A stretch of DNA of 62,495 nucleotides, counting the filler, from Kipferlia bialata (lineage: Eukaryota), in NCBI GenBank assembly GCA_003568945.1. It is 5 parts of 5 records of this genome, joined end to end, with 100 filler letters (N's around TTAATTAATTAA, not from the genome) between each part and the next. Parts side by side here need not be neighbours in the genome. Positions count along the whole stretch, not along the records: positions 1 to 17,577 come from BDIP01000524.1; 4 more parts are not named here. The stretch is one strand, 5' to 3'. The notes under the pieces were generated by a model that was not told the DNA's origin, did not search any database, and was given only the letters and a program-made list of their open reading frames with translations. Shown in pieces: positions 1-15,184 of this stretch; the first letter of the stretch is position 1, and the number at the start of each line of letters is the position of its first letter. The translations under genes and the position numbers were made by a program.

Positions 1-9
1 GGGTGTGGT

Positions 10-44
<35 letters not shown>

Positions 45-109
45 AATCAGACCAAGTATAATGGTTTACGGCTCTACACTATAAGATCCGCCTGTATCTT
101 CCCACCTCG

Positions 110-265
110 TGTCTCCTTGACCCTCTGGGTGTCTGGGTGGCTGTATAGCATGGCGGCACACACACACACGGGCAGGATCTGGGCAGACTGCGGCCTGAGG
201 GAGTCATGGGCCCCTGGGACAGCAGCCACAGACTGCACAACACGACACAGAGGGATGGTACTCAT
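110..265 (-). CDS. Probable first exon of a hypothetical gene, divergent from the LMW-PTP and truncated by the contig start
   Basis: ATG at 265, ORF MSTIPLCRVVQSVAAVPGAHDSLRP... ending at a GT donor; no recognisable domain. Confidence 0.35.
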
Positions 266-398
266 CGCACTGGTCGGTTTCAGAGAGAGTGACCAAAGGC
301 AGACAAAGATATGAGAGAGCCAAACACGACATCACAAAAGGGTTCTTGTTGTGCTGAAGGAGATGTAAGGTTCCATGTCTCTTTTATCCACCTCTGCG

Positions 399-2490
399 AT
401 GAGCGCTGACACTCCCATCAAGTCTGTGTGCTTCCTCTGCACAGGTACATAGCCATATCTTACACAGAGTGATTGCTGCTGGTCTCTGGCTGCATGTCTC
501 CCAGGATATGTCCATCCAATCTGACACCCTTTGATATATAATATGCCCTGACCTTACCCCCAGGCAACATATGCAGGAGTGCCATGGCACACTACTTCTT
601 TGAGCACGAGATTCAGGTAACGCCCCCCCCCCCCTCCCCCTCCGTCCCTTCAACGCCTTCCGCTCCTATACCTATTCGTGTTCCTTATCACCCCCCTATT
701 TATTCTTACCCCAAGGCTGCTGGTGTAGAGTGTGAGGTCTTCAGCAGAGGCCTGCAGGCTATGACTGGTGAGTGCCTCTCCCCACAGTTACATGCCCAGA
801 ATCCGTATTTCTATTAACACTCATCCACATCAATTCAGATATGGTTGTTGCTATACTCTCATGTCTCTCTTCCTTTCCCTCCCTCCTATGTCTGTGCTTA
901 TTCCAGGCTGGAGTGCCACCGACGAGGCAGAGGCCGTGCTATCCAAGAGGTTCGGCATCGACATGTCACACCACATCGGTACGGTCCTGTACTATCTCCT
1001 ATACTCTATTCCTTGTCACACTATCTCTAACCCCAGCCCAGCAGTTCACAGACTATGTTCTTATATAATGATTCATTATANNNNNNNNNNNNNNNNNNNN
1101 NNNNNNNNNNNNNNNNNNNNNNNNNNNNNNNNNNNNNNNNNNNNNNNNNNNNNNNNNNNNNNNNNNNNNNNNNNNNNNNNNNNNNNNNNNNNNNNNNNNN
1201 NNNNNNNNNNNNNNNNNNNNNNNNNNNNNNNNNNNNNNNNNNNNNNNNNNNNNNNNNNNNNNNNNNNNNNNNNNNNNNNNNNNNNNNNNNNNNNNNNNNN
1301 NNNNNNNNNNNNNNNNNNNNNNNNNNNNNNNNNNNNNNNNNNNNNNNNNNNNNNNNNNNNNNNNNNNNNNNNNNNNNNNNNNNNNNNNNNNNNNNNNNNN
1401 NNNNNNNNNNNNNNNNNNNNNNNNNNNNNNNNNNNNNNNNNNNNNNNNNNNNNNNNNNNNNNNNNNNNNNNNNNNNNNNNNNNNNNNNNNNNNNNNNNNN
1501 NNNNNNNNNNNNNNNNNNNNNNNNNNNNNNNNNNNNNNNNNNNNNNNNNNNNNNNNNNNNNNNNNNNNNNNNNNNNNNNNNNNNNNNNNNNNNNNNNNNN
1601 NNNNNNNNNNNNNNNNNNNNNNNNNNNNNNNNNNNNNNNNNNNNNNNNNNNNNNNNNNNNNNNNNNNNNNNNNNNNNNNNNNNNNNNNNNNNNNNNNNNN
1701 NNNNNNNNNNNNNNNNNNNNNNNNNNNNNNNNNNNNNNNNNNNNNNNNNNNNNNNNNNNNNNNNNNNNNNNNNNNNNNNNNNNNNNNNNNNNNNNNNNNN
1801 NNNNNNNNNNNNNNNNNNNNNNNNNNNNNNNNNNNNNNNNNNNNNNNNNNNNNNNNNNNNNNNNNNNNNNNNNNNNNNNNNNNNNNNNNNNNNNNNNNNN
1901 NNNNNNNNNNNNNNNNNNNNNNNNNNNNNNNNNNNNNNNNNNNNNNNNNNNNNNNNNNNNNNNNNNNNNNNNNNNNNNNNNNNNNNNNNNNNNNNNNNNN
2001 NNNNNNNNNNNNNNNNNNNNNNNNNNNNNNNNNNNNNNNNNTATACATATGTTATATGATGTGTGTACTACTACCCCCTGGCACCAAGGACAGGGACGGG
2101 TCAGTCACAGGTATGTATGTATGTGTATATAGTATATGTGTATATAGTATATAGTATATAGTATATATACTATGTACCTTCACTCTTTGGATGGGTATAT
2201 GTGATTCTGTTACCACCAGACCCCTACTACGGCTCCCCCGGTGGCTACTACACATATGATACAATATTCACATATTATGTATTGATACGCGCAAGTATTT
2301 TGTATATAGTATGAGCCCGTGTTTGTATCTACCTTGAACCTTTACATCAGACCCCTACTACGGCTCCCCCGGTGGCTACTTTGATGTATTTGACTACATG
2401 AGACCTGCCCTGGATGTACTATTAGACGTGGTGCAGAGGGGAGGGTCTAGGGCTGACCTGGGTGCAGCCAAGGGAAGGGCACAGAGGTAG
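399..2490 (+). CDS. Low-molecular-weight protein-tyrosine phosphatase (LMW-PTP family), multi-exon, middle lost in the N gap 1081-2041
   Basis: Spliced GT-AG exons give MSADTPIKSVCFLCTG|NICRSAMAHYFFEHEIQ|AAGVECEVFSRGLQAMTG|WSATDEAEAVLSKRFGIDMSHHI...DPYYGSPGGYFDVFDYMRPALDVLL...R*. This contains the CTGNICRS P-loop and the DPYY motif. Confidence 0.9.
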
Positions 2491-2961
2491 GAGATGTATA
2501 GGTATACATGCATTGAGAGAATAGATACGTTATACACTGTGTTTTTGCCAAAGGGAAGGGCCCAGAGGTAGAATGGGTGAAGTGGAATATATGCGTTGCA
2601 TGTTCAGTAATACTCCACAGATGTGTTCAAAAGGTGACCTGGGCATTGGTGAAGATGTGACACTGAGAGATATATATCCAGTGTGTGTTGCCTGGAACAA
2701 GAAGGCATTTAGTAGAAACAGCATTACTCTATGGCACATTAGTCAGTGACTAGTGACTGGTCACACATCAAGTCATGTCTTCATATATATCCTCTGGCTG
2801 ACTAGAGTCTGTACAACAAGAGTATCCTCAGGGCATGCCACCAAATAACAAGTCAACTACCACTCCATATGTCTAACATCACATGCTACCCTGTAACATG
2901 TCTCATGTCACCTGCAACCCCTATATTAGGAGCATAACAACATGACTCATGTCACATGAGT

Positions 2962-4322
2962 CTACTCAAGGCAATCACCCAGTAACATGTCTGCTGTGAG
3001 CTGCCCCCCTGTCTCCTGCAGCAGAGACAGGTCCAGATGGAGCAGGTACCACTCATAGAAACCCTCCCCGTCCCAGTCTGAATCCATGTCGGAGTCTCCA
3101 TCATGCGTGTAATAGGGAGCAGCACTAATGTGAGTGGACGAACGCGACAGGTCTCTAGCAACTTAGTTAGTAGTTACATGATACATGTATTGATTGAATA
3201 CTATTGAACAAAACATACACGGATGGCCAAGTGATCTGAACCAGACAGAGCTCTGGTCCTATCTGGATCCCCTCAAGGTGGAAGTCCACATCCACCAGGT
3301 GCCTAATCTCATTGGACACCTCGTCAATGACAGATATCTCTCCTTCCGACACACATAGGGTGCTTCTGTTGCCCAGAGATGCAAGAAGGCCCCTGCAGAA
3401 GTAGCGGCCCACATCCAGTGGAACAAGAGCCTCCCACCCGCGTGTGTCACTGAACGATGCTACCCGAAGGCCCTCGGAAAGTGAGCGTGGGGGGGTGTCG
3501 ACAAAGGCAGTGCTGTCTCCAACTGTGATGGCAGTCGCATAGAAGTCGAGTGACCCTAGTGTGAGACGCCGCTAAGTGGAGTAACAACCATACAGGAATG
3601 TAGGGAGACCAAAGACATGGAGTAGTACTCTCAGAGTACAAGCAACAGAAGAGAGCCACCACCTCTACCTGACTGACGAGGTGGGGTGCCAGGTGCCCTC
3701 TCCCAGGTCTCACTCTCAGTGTCAAAGAGCCATAGCCCATCTGCTGAGTAGTGGAGGATCTTCTTACCGGCTGGAGACGCTGAGAGACTCTCACCAGTGG
3801 ACCCATCACACTGTGGGGGGCCAGTTGGGGGATTGCACCGGGTAAAGACGCCTGGCTGTGAGACACGGTAAGTACACTCAGAGAGAGGTCAAGCAAGTGA
3901 AAGGAATATCCCATCGCTATGTTTACAACACCTGTTCCCAGGTCGTACACGTCCGAGGAGAAAGGTGCGGGCTCTGTCAGGTCAAACTCCTCCCTGGTCT
4001 TGAGGTAGAGGCAAGAACCCACTCTGACACAGTCAGGGGGGACAACCCCACCACCTAATTCCGAGTCAGAGTGTATGTCCTCGTCAGGGGGAATGTTGGC
4101 AGCGTCAGAGGTCCTTGTCAGGGTTGGACATCCTTCCTCATACACCACTGTGTAGGCACACATGTCACAGAGGTTGAGGACGGTGTTGTGGGCTATCTGT
4201 ATGAAGTTCCGACTGTGTCCTGAGAGGTTCATCCCCCCTGAACGGTTTCTCACCCTCTCCAGCCACATGAATGAGTCTGTGGCATTGAGCAGATCTGACT
4301 CAGTCAAGAGACGGGGAGACAT
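2962..4322 (-). CDS. Hypothetical protein with few introns, possibly beta-propeller-like
   Basis: Long microsatellite-free ORFs (3447-4388, 3167-3412) and a terminal exon DLSRSSTHISAAPYYTHDGDSDMDSDWDGEGFYEWYLLHLDLSLLQETGGQLTADMLLGDCLE*. Likely start MSPRLLTESDLL at 4322. Internal exon boundaries are uncertain. Confidence 0.55.
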
Positions 4323-5294
4323 TTCCTGAGGGGTGAGGAAATGGGAAAGAGAGGGAGCTGTTCGGTCCAGTATCAGCATAAACAACAAATATGATGGGAA
4401 TAGTAGGGAAGAATGTAGGTGGGATCTCTGAGAGAGCTACGCTTCTCATATCACAAATATACACACAGATTCTCCTAAAAGTGACAGACTCACAAAGGGG
4501 ATTACAGTATGTATAGTATGACCCATAATAAGGGGGTTCTTGTGTCAGACGGAGGAACGGCTATAACGACAACCTGATAGATATGGCCCAAGTGTCAATG
4601 TCCAAACACAACACGTACACGACTCACAACTACAACTTGTAGTCTACAAGCGTCTTGGACCAAGACTCTTGGTCTGTATGGTACTGCTCAACCCTCATCT
4701 AAGTAATTCTTACCTACCTACAGTTGCACCAGCAGCTAGGGGTCGCTGTAAGAGAGTCGTATTGGCCCTACTAACTCTTTAGGGTGACTAACAGCTTGAG
4801 ATTTTCTCTAATCTGTGATTTTAGCGACGTGTAGACCTATGAACAGTGCAGGATATCTTGTCAGGTACTGTAGAGTGACTCTACTACAGTCTACAGTGTA
4901 GACAGTGATACACTCACATATTACTTGAGACGTAATGTGAGTGACAAAATGTGTGAGAGAGTAAGTCACAAGTCACATAGCAATGATCACGAGTGGGGTG
5001 ACAGGCTCTGTGACACAGAGTATTCAAAAGGAGCTTGCAGTCGGAGCAGAGTCACAGTTATGATTCATAACTTATGAACCACACCCTTCCAGGGTAATGT
5101 CTCCCCTCCTGTGTAGTACAACCGACAAATGACAGCTGAGTCTTGAGGCATGTATCTATCTCACAATATACTCCAATCACTAGAGCAACCATCAGGTCCT
5201 CTCTCTTCTCTCTAATCTCCCTCAGCCCGATACCAACTGGCTGTATAGCCTCACTGTCTGTGGGTACTGTGACTGAATCAACAGTGTCCTCTCT

Positions 5295-7273
5295 TTACTT
5301 CCCCTCTATAACCTGTCTTATCTTGCTAGCCTCGGCCTGTATGGCCTCACTGTCTGTATGGGCGGCTGTGACAGCGTCCAGTAAACCTAGCACACCACTG
5401 TCAACCATGGACTTGACGTTGGTATCTTAGGTGAGAGATATTACTGATAGTTACATCATAGTGACCTACATGAGTATAATCGAGTCAAAGAGAGGATATT
5501 GTAATATATCCTGCCACGTATAGTATATACATACCCCCTTCACAGAGTAGGGCCAGTGCCCCCAGTCCCACTGTAACAAGGTCACTATAGATGTACTATA
5601 TATGTATATAGCTAAATATATACATATATATGTAAATATGCACATATATGTATGTACCTTCACAGAGCAGGCCCAGTGCCCCCAGTCCCACTGTCACAAG
5701 GTCAATATACATATACATGTACATAGATACACGATTGTATATATATGTATATTAATGCATATACCCATACCTTCCTCTGCCATATATCCTAATGCACCCA
5801 GTCCCACTGTCACAAGGTCAATATACATATACATGTATATAGTCACACCATTGTATATATATGTATATAACTGCATCTACCCATACCTACCTCTGCCATA
5901 TATCCTAGTACCCCCAGTCCCACTGTCACAAGGTCAATATACATATACATGTATATATATACACCATTGTATATATATGTATATAACTGCATCTACCCAT
6001 ACCTTCCTCTGCCATATATTCTAGGGCACCCAGTCCCACTGTCACAAGGTCACTATGTATATGTGTATATGGACACATGTATGCATACATATGCATATAT
6101 ATGTATGTACCTTCACAAAGTAGGGCTAGTGCCCCTAGCCCTACTAAGACTAGATCACTCTGCTCCGGGTCTGTCCCGTACTGCTTGAGGGCACCCACCA
6201 CCCACTCTGTGCACCCATCACTTATCAGGGCCTTGACAGTGGACAGGCCTGGGGGTGAGATATATATATATATAGCTAGTAACGATTGAATACTCTATCT
6301 ATACAAGAAATCCAGAGTAATCCTAGCAGTATCCATGCCTGAGGGTAAGTGAGAGCACATTCTTGAACGATACCATGGATCAGTCTGAAAATACCTGCCC
6401 CTGCAAACTGCATGACCATCTCGCACATTGCCTCTGCTATAGGGGCCTCTGGGTATGTGTCCAGTGCAGCATGGGCCATTCTGTGTGTACCCATCTCATG
6501 CATGGGTTAGATTTACATAATGCTAGCAATGGGTATATTCTATCTATATGGGGTAGATATATATGGGTGTGGGAAGGGAGATATGTATATAGCAAGTTAT
6601 GGGTATATACTATCTATATGGAGTAGACATACATGGGTGTGTGCAGGGTGGGGCAGTGGCAGAGGTTGCCTAGGGCACCCAGGACAGCAGTCACCACAGA
6701 CTCGTCATCCTGGGTTAGAGACACACAGACAGTGACACTCATATACACAGACTTATACTTCTATAGTATATTGATAGCTCGTCACTGGGTGAGACACAGT
6801 AGATACCACCCACCTTGCATGTATCGAGGAATGTCACGAGCAGTCATATATATATATATATATATTACATATATGACTGTAGAGTGTATGTAACTAACCT
6901 TGCATGTATCGAGGAATGACACCAGCAGTCTCACAAAAATATCATACTGAATCTATATGTATGAATTTCTTGTATATCATGGTAACCAGGTGCAAGAGTC
7001 ACTGACCTTGCACGAATCGAGGAATGACACTAGCAGTGTGACATTGTCCATGTTAAACAGGTCGGGGCGGAAGGTCTCGTCTATCGGGTGAGTGTATATA
7101 TATGTGAGGTAACCTCTATCGGTGAGGGGAAATGTTCCACCGGATGCATATGATATTCACATACATACAAGTGAACCATGTAGTATATGATACAAACACC
7201 ACATGTAATAGTGCACGTTCAATATCTATAGAATGGTAATACACACCCCGACATGTTCCACAGGTAGGTACGG

Positions 7274-7304
<31 letters not shown>

Positions 7305-9435
7305 TAACAAACATACATGTAGAGTATGATGATGCTACACACAACATACCCACCTCCAAAGGACATGTTGCAGAGTATATGCATGGTAGAGATATGCTAT
7401 AAACGAATACATTTACATATAATATCATTGACGACACTGTAAGTATTCTTAAGAATTATATAGTATATATAAGTGCATATACCCGACACATATATAATCA
7501 TGATGACACTGAAACTATTCTTTTGTATCATAAAGTATATACAAATATATTTACCCCCGAATGACATGTTCCAGAGTATATGTATGGCATATATATATAC
7601 AACATACGTATATGTATATACAGATAATCACAGATGACACCAAAAGTATTCTTAGGTACTATAGAGTGTGCCCACCTCCAAATTACATGTTCCACAAGAT
7701 GGTGGCTGCAGCTGCCACAGATGCCAGGGCCTCCTCAGCTGGGTGGGGGTATGCCTAGTGTCAGTGTTACTACAATATATTGAGTTATCAGTTCATACAC
7801 TATGGTAATATACCACCCAGATGCCAGGGCCTCATCTGATGGGTGGGGGTATGCCTAGTATCAGTAACTACAGTGTATTAAGTTAGACGATCATACACTG
7901 GGTGATACATCAGATGCAAGTCCCTCCTCAGAGGTAGATATGCCTTCTGTAAGTGTTAGTAAACTATATATATACATGAACACACATACATTCTTGTAGG
8001 GGTTTTGCCTGAACTGTCAGTGTAAGCATAAAAGACCTTGCTGTATGACACATGTACCGTATTGCATGGAATTTTCTATTCAACATCACTAAAACAGAGT
8101 ATTCTTTATGTATAATACGATACTCTACGACGCATTACCGTGAGTATCCTGATGCCAGGTCGTCACTATATACTACATATAGATAGTGATACTGATACTA
8201 CATGAGGTGGGGTATGGTACCACCTTCAATATCAGCTATGTACCCTATATATACTAGATGGTATTACCGTGAGTAACCTGATGCCAGGGAATGACTATAT
8301 ATTATATGAGGAGAGGAGTGCTATACTTGCCTTAAATATCAGATATATATAATATATACATATACTAGACTGTATTACCTTCAGTATCCTGATAGCCAGA
8401 TCCTCACTATACGATATATGAGTACTATGCATACCTTCAATATCAGATATATACACTCTATGAGTACTCTACATACCTTGAGTACCCTGATGGCCAGGTC
8501 GTGACTACACACTACTTGAGTTCTATAGTATATATTATATAGTATATGAGTATATAGTATGACTACACCCACCTTCAATATCCTGATGGCCAGGTCATGA
8601 CCATTTACTATATGAGTACTATACATACCTTCAATATACTAAGTACTCATATTCTAATCTATAAGTACTATACCCACCTTCAATACCCTGATGGCCAGGT
8701 CGTGACACTCCGTCTCAAACAGATGGGCCTTGGTCTCATCCTCGGCTGGAGGGGTGAGAGAGTTTAGAGGATGTATACATACATATATAGATAGATATAT
8801 ATAGATATATATTCCATGTATATACTTTAGAGAGATGGGCCCTGGTCTCATCCTCGGCTGATGTCAGTAGTCTATGTACAGTATATATAGAGCTGGAGGG
8901 GTGAGAGAGTGTACAGCATGTATATAGGAATCTGTTACTATATATTCCATGTATATACTCAAGAGGGATGGGCCCTTGGTCTCATCCTCGGCTGGAGGGG
9001 TGAGAGATTGGACAGTATATATAGAGCTGGAGGGGTAATGGAGTGTAGAGGATATATATATGAACCTGTTATTATATATTCCACGTATATAATTTAGAGA
9101 GTGGGGCCTTGGTCTCATCCTCGGCTGGAGGGTCAGACACACTTAGCACACAGATATATACACTATATAACAGTGATGGGTAGTGGTCTAATGAGTAGTA
9201 TAGGTAAACGTGTAATTGACAATATGCTATATTACTCTATATATCATTGACTGCACTATATGGTTGACTGATGTCATGCAATTCACTTGTATGTGTATCT
9301 CATCATTCCCATACGCTCTGTGTCCTTGATACATATACACACACATATATATATGTGTGTGTGCGTGTGAGTGTGTGTGTCTACGTACGTTATGTGTCCT
9401 TGAGTCGTGTACAATCATCCTTCGTCATATCGTAT

Positions 9436-9470
<35 letters not shown>

Positions 9471-10054
9471 CACCATGCCCATACGTTCTGTGTCCTTGAG
9501 TCTGTCTATCAGAGACATGGCAAGCATAACAGCCTGGGGGGTGAGTACTATGGGTAATATATATATATTGTATTGTCAATGAGTGATATACTATACCTCA
9601 GCATCCTCTGTGTGGTCATCATGAGCATAAGGCACAGTGATCATAACTATATACATATCCACATGTATATACATCACCGTGCATATACATTCTGTGTATG
9701 TTAATGATATATACCTCTGCATCCTCTGTATGGTCCTCTATCACTCTCTTGGCCATGGGTACAGTGCCCAGGTGCAGCAGGGGGTAGAGGCTATCCTCTG
9801 GGGTTACTATTACTATTAGGGTAAACGAAAAGTGGGTTGTTCTACATGCTTCCCAATGTGTCTGGACACATCGATATACACTATATACATATAGACATAT
9901 CCACTCTACGTACCATGCTCCTCTGCCATTCTGCCCATGAATCAACAGACATGGACATACAATACATACATATAAACAATACACACACACACGCATATAT
10001 GTATACGTACAATGCTCCTCTGCCATTCTATCCATGTACTCTGACGAAAAAATG

Positions 10055-10088
<34 letters not shown>

Positions 10089-11595
10089 CTTTCCATACCA
10101 TGCTCCTCTGCCATCCTGCCAATGTGTCTGCATACAGTCTTGGCAAGCTCGGTGTGGTCTGAGTAAGATATATCATATCTATATCATATATATACATAGA
10201 GAGTCGGTGTGGTCTGAGTTAGACGGTGTGATATGGGTATTCACTTATGGGTATTCACTTATGCAGGTACATATATATGACATTGTGCCTACATACAGTC
10301 TTGGCTAGCTCAGTGTGGTCTGAGTTAGACTGTGTGATATATTCACATATATATAGATATATGTATGTATTACATGATAGGAATAGTCATACAGTCTTGG
10401 CAAGGTCAGTGTGGTCTGGGGGTGAGAATGGTACATGTACTTCTCTTGTATATGCATGAGTATACATATGGGGTAGGAACAGTCAGACAGTCTTGGCAAG
10501 GTCTACGTGGTACACTGCACCCACATTCATATAGACTGATACATATAGTACCACTATACAATACTCACAAGCTGGATATGCCTTCATGGCTACAATATGC
10601 AGAGTATACATATACTATCCAAGTGTATACCTATTCTCCCTCACCATATAGTACACAGTATATAGTACACAGTATTGTCTCTACCTGGATATGCCTCTCT
10701 GGCCTTGATGTGTATATGCTTATATACATTCGCATGTGTAGAGTGACACTACTTATATACAGTATACACACAATATCCACCTGGATATGCCTCTCTGGCC
10801 TTGAGTGCCTTGACGTGGGTACCAGCCTCAAAGAGGGTGGGGGCAGTGTCTGAGTGTCATACAGGGAGACAGAAACATAGTGGAGACACACAGTGTGCTA
10901 GTGAGCGACATAGATGTACGTGCAAATACATACACCCACCCTCACTCATCAGACTGGCCAGGGTATTGAGACAGGCCTCTAGGACCTGGTATTAGACGTG
11001 TTCCCTACAGTACACACCTGTGTGTTGTATATATATATATGTATATACTCATGTGTATACATACCTCTGCGTTGTCTGCATGTCCATCCAGCACAGCCAG
11101 GAGCAGAGGGACTGCTATCTATATCTATCAATAGACACTAATGACAATATATACATACACACACACCTCTGCGTTGTCTGCATGTCCATCCAGCACAGCC
11201 AGGAGTAAGGGAATGGCACCGGCCTGTACAATGGCAGTGACCACCTCCTCTTCTGGGGGATGAGGATATATACATATACTACATGTACTGGGGGATGAGT
11301 GAATATGATAAATTGACACATATACATACGTATTATCATATATATCTACATATATACTCATATATATATTTGAGTGCACTGACCACCTCCTCTTCTGGGG
11401 GATGAGGATATGGTATAAGTCTATATATATATAGTATATATAGTATGATGTATATGCACCACATGTACCCGGTATACACTACTAGCCCACACCCCTCTCC
11501 TCCTCCTCGGCCTGTGTCACCAGGATAGTAAGGAGTATATGTACTAAAACATATACTGTATGTAATATACACTATCGCACCCCTCTCCTCCTCCT

Positions 11596-11631
<36 letters not shown>

Positions 11632-13515
11632 TGTGTCTGCACATACCTCTCTCCTCCTCCTCTGCCTGTGTGACCAGGGTGGTCAGGAAGGCACAGGCCC
11701 AGTGGCACCTGAAGACGTGAGATGATGTATATAATATCAAAAATATGTGAATATATAGGTAGGTATGAGAGGTGACTGCACTTCATATTTTGTGAAGTAT
11801 TAGATGCACCTAGAGGGATGTTGGTGAGATGATATAGAGTATTACGTGTGCATAACCATATCCACATATATACTACACTTTACCCCACCTGTCCCTGCAC
11901 TCTGGGTGTACCAGTCAAGTATGTAATATACTCATATACAAATACTCATATACATATATATACTCATACTTAGTTTATACCTATCAACACACTCAGGCCA
12001 TGCCTTGAGCATGTGCAGTGTGTATACATATATACATATATACACCAGAGTGTATATATGGGCAGCATTGCATGCATATTAAAATACATAGCGGGTACCT
12101 GTCTACACACTCTGGGTGTGCCTTCAACATATGCAGTGCAGTGACGTGGGCACCGGCATCATAGACCATGGGGAAGGCCTTGGCTGGGGTGAGCAGTGTA
12201 TGTAAAACATACCCTTCCAATATACAAAACTACTACTATAATATGTACACTAATATATTGAATATAAAATATATATTGATTATTTAGTAGTCAGGTGGGC
12301 ACCGATATCATAGACCAAGGGGAAGACCTTGGCTGGCGGGTAAGTAAGAGGGGCAAGTAAGTAGAATCAGGGAGTGAGAGGCTTTCACTGAGAGCTACGC
12401 TTGTCAAAGAAATACTACCATCAGAATGATCACCGAGCTGCTCTCTTCACCGGATACATATATATATATACAATTTCTTATGCAGGAACACACTCACACC
12501 TGTACAGTGGGTCAGACACTCATACACACATATATATATATATAGATATACAGTGCATGTATATGTATATATATATATATACCCCCACCTGCACAGTGTG
12601 TCAGACACTCATATACATTTGTATTCATATATTGTGCATATATATACTCTAGTCCCCCACCTGCGTAGTGTGTGAGACACTCGAACAGCTGACACAGGGT
12701 GTCTAGACTGTCGGGAAGGGGGAGGGAGGTCTGATGGTTAGAGAGGTCAGTATGGAACCATATATTTGAATGGTTATACATATATATATATATATCGAGA
12801 GAGAGAGATAGAGAGAGAGAGACACAGGGTGTCTAGACTGTCGGGAGGGGGAGGGAGGTCTGGGGGTAAGAAAGGTGTATATATATAGAGGAGAGAGAGG
12901 AGGTAAGTTAATCTGAACAACAATATTAGGGAGGCGTATGAAGAAACAGTGTCATACCTCAGCGCACTGCACCACCAGATGTACTATGTATATGTATGTA
13001 TACCCACATATATATAAATATGAGTAGTATGTATCACACATATTAATACATACCTCCAGCTGTACCACGTATATACACACATATATAAATACATATATAT
13101 ACATGAATAGTATATCTCTCTATATACCTCAGCACAGTGCCCCACCAGCTGAACCAGGGGTGCTTGGCACAGCCTGTCTAGTGTATACACGGTATATACA
13201 GTATATGGTATACATTGCATGTATCACATACCTCCGCACACTGCACGACCGTCTGTACCAGGGGTGCCTGACACAGGTACTCCTCAGCCTGTCTAGTGAA
13301 CACATTCAGCAGCAGTGCTAGGTAGTATGAGGCAGCCTTGACTACGAGGGGGTCGGCTGGATGCGCCTAAGGGGTGAGAGGATATATATTCACTATGCAT
13401 ATATATATATAGTGCTGTTTAGTACGATGATTACATATACACATACACCCACTCACCATGAGTGCCACTGCATACTTGTGAATAGTGTATGAATGTGCAT
13501 GAGTATATCTCTCTT

Positions 13516-13558
<43 letters not shown>

Positions 13559-14274
13559 TTCTATATAGACACACTCACCATGAGTGCCACCACTGCATAC
13601 TTGTACATGGATCGTAGCATTAGGTATACATATTCATACTCGCCAATAACATTATAGACATGGATACACACTATCTATATAGGTATACATATATCCGCTC
13701 ATATATAAACACACTCACCATGAGTGCCACCACTGCATACTTGTACATGGCCTCCCTGCCCTGCTTGACTGGGCTGCATATCATGGCGTCGGGGATGCCT
13801 TCTGGGGGTGAAAACAGTATAGTGGCTATATAGATAGATACACTCATGTACATGGTTAACAGACTGGGTTAGATCATGGCGTCGGGGATTCCCTCTAGGG
13901 GTGAACAGGTGGATGATGTGTGAGAGTATAAGAAGAGGGGCGTTATATACATGGTTATTGGGGATGCCATCTGAGCCAGAACACAGATGTACCGGAAGTA
14001 TATGTGGAAAGAGAAGAGTACATAGAATATTACACATTGAGTCTCAATGCCCACCTGTGAAAGCTATGGCCCCCACTGCTGCTAGGACAGGGACACACAG
14101 GGAGGGGGGGTAGCTGATGATAAGATGGGTATTGGTAATAGCCTAGTACTACTAGGTCTCTTCGGTCTAGGCATATGGTTATATACACATATATAGTATG
14201 GCACCACCCACATACCCATGGCTATGCATGCTATGCATCAGTGTCTATGTACTGCTGGTGCCTCTGTGACAGTT

Positions 14275-14322
<48 letters not shown>

Positions 14323-14798
14323 GTATGACACCCTCCACACACCCATGGTCGTGCATTGAGTGCATCAGTGTCTCACAGACACCAGAGTCATGTAGCGCAA
14401 ACATACAGGAGTCTAGGGTGAGGGGTATATACTATAATATAGTAGTATCATACAAAGTTGACACATAGAATAATTCAAACTCATGCTTGAGTCTGAAAAT
14501 GAGATTCTCCAATATAAAAATGTGTGACAATACTCTATATATACAACACCCACCATCCTCTATCTCCTCTGCTATGGTCTGTACCAGGTAGGCACACTTG
14601 GTACAGACATCCAAGGAGGAGCCGTACTTCTGAGGGTGGGTATAGTGTATATTTCACGGTATGTATATAACTATACATATACTTAACACTATAAATACAC
14701 ACTTCATATGTAGCATATACTCATGTATCGTCATCTCTTCTATACATACCTCTATTATGGTACCAGTGTGGGCATACCAAGGGAGTAGACATACATGG

Positions 14799-14830
<32 letters not shown>

Positions 14831-15147
14831 CCACACACACACCTCTATTATGGACATTGCCAGTGCGGGCATACCCGAGGCATATAGCTCGCGGGCATAG
14901 CGAGATAGGACTGGAAGGGTGAGATTGTGGATACGTAGCAATATTCATTTACATATACGCATACGCACCCACCCACAAGTGATTACGTGTGTGTTAGAAT
15001 CAACACTCCCATACCTTTCTTTCATATGTCTCTGTCTTCACATACACTATATATATATATACGTTATATATATATACACATTACATTGAGGTGTACAGTA
15101 CATGCAGTATCAATGAATGTGCCCTCCTCCCCCGGGGCATGTAATAG

Positions 15148-15184
<37 letters not shown>

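Noticed and set aside
768..2132. Long ORFs of 331-454 aa in the ORF track
   Set aside because: They run through the N gap (1081-2041) and are artefacts.
5520..6060. Regularly spaced ~25-45 bp repeats with spacers resembling a CRISPR array
   Set aside because: The repeats are copies of an exon end with GT donors, the spacers are related TA-rich intron sequence, no cas genes are present, and the context is eukaryotic.
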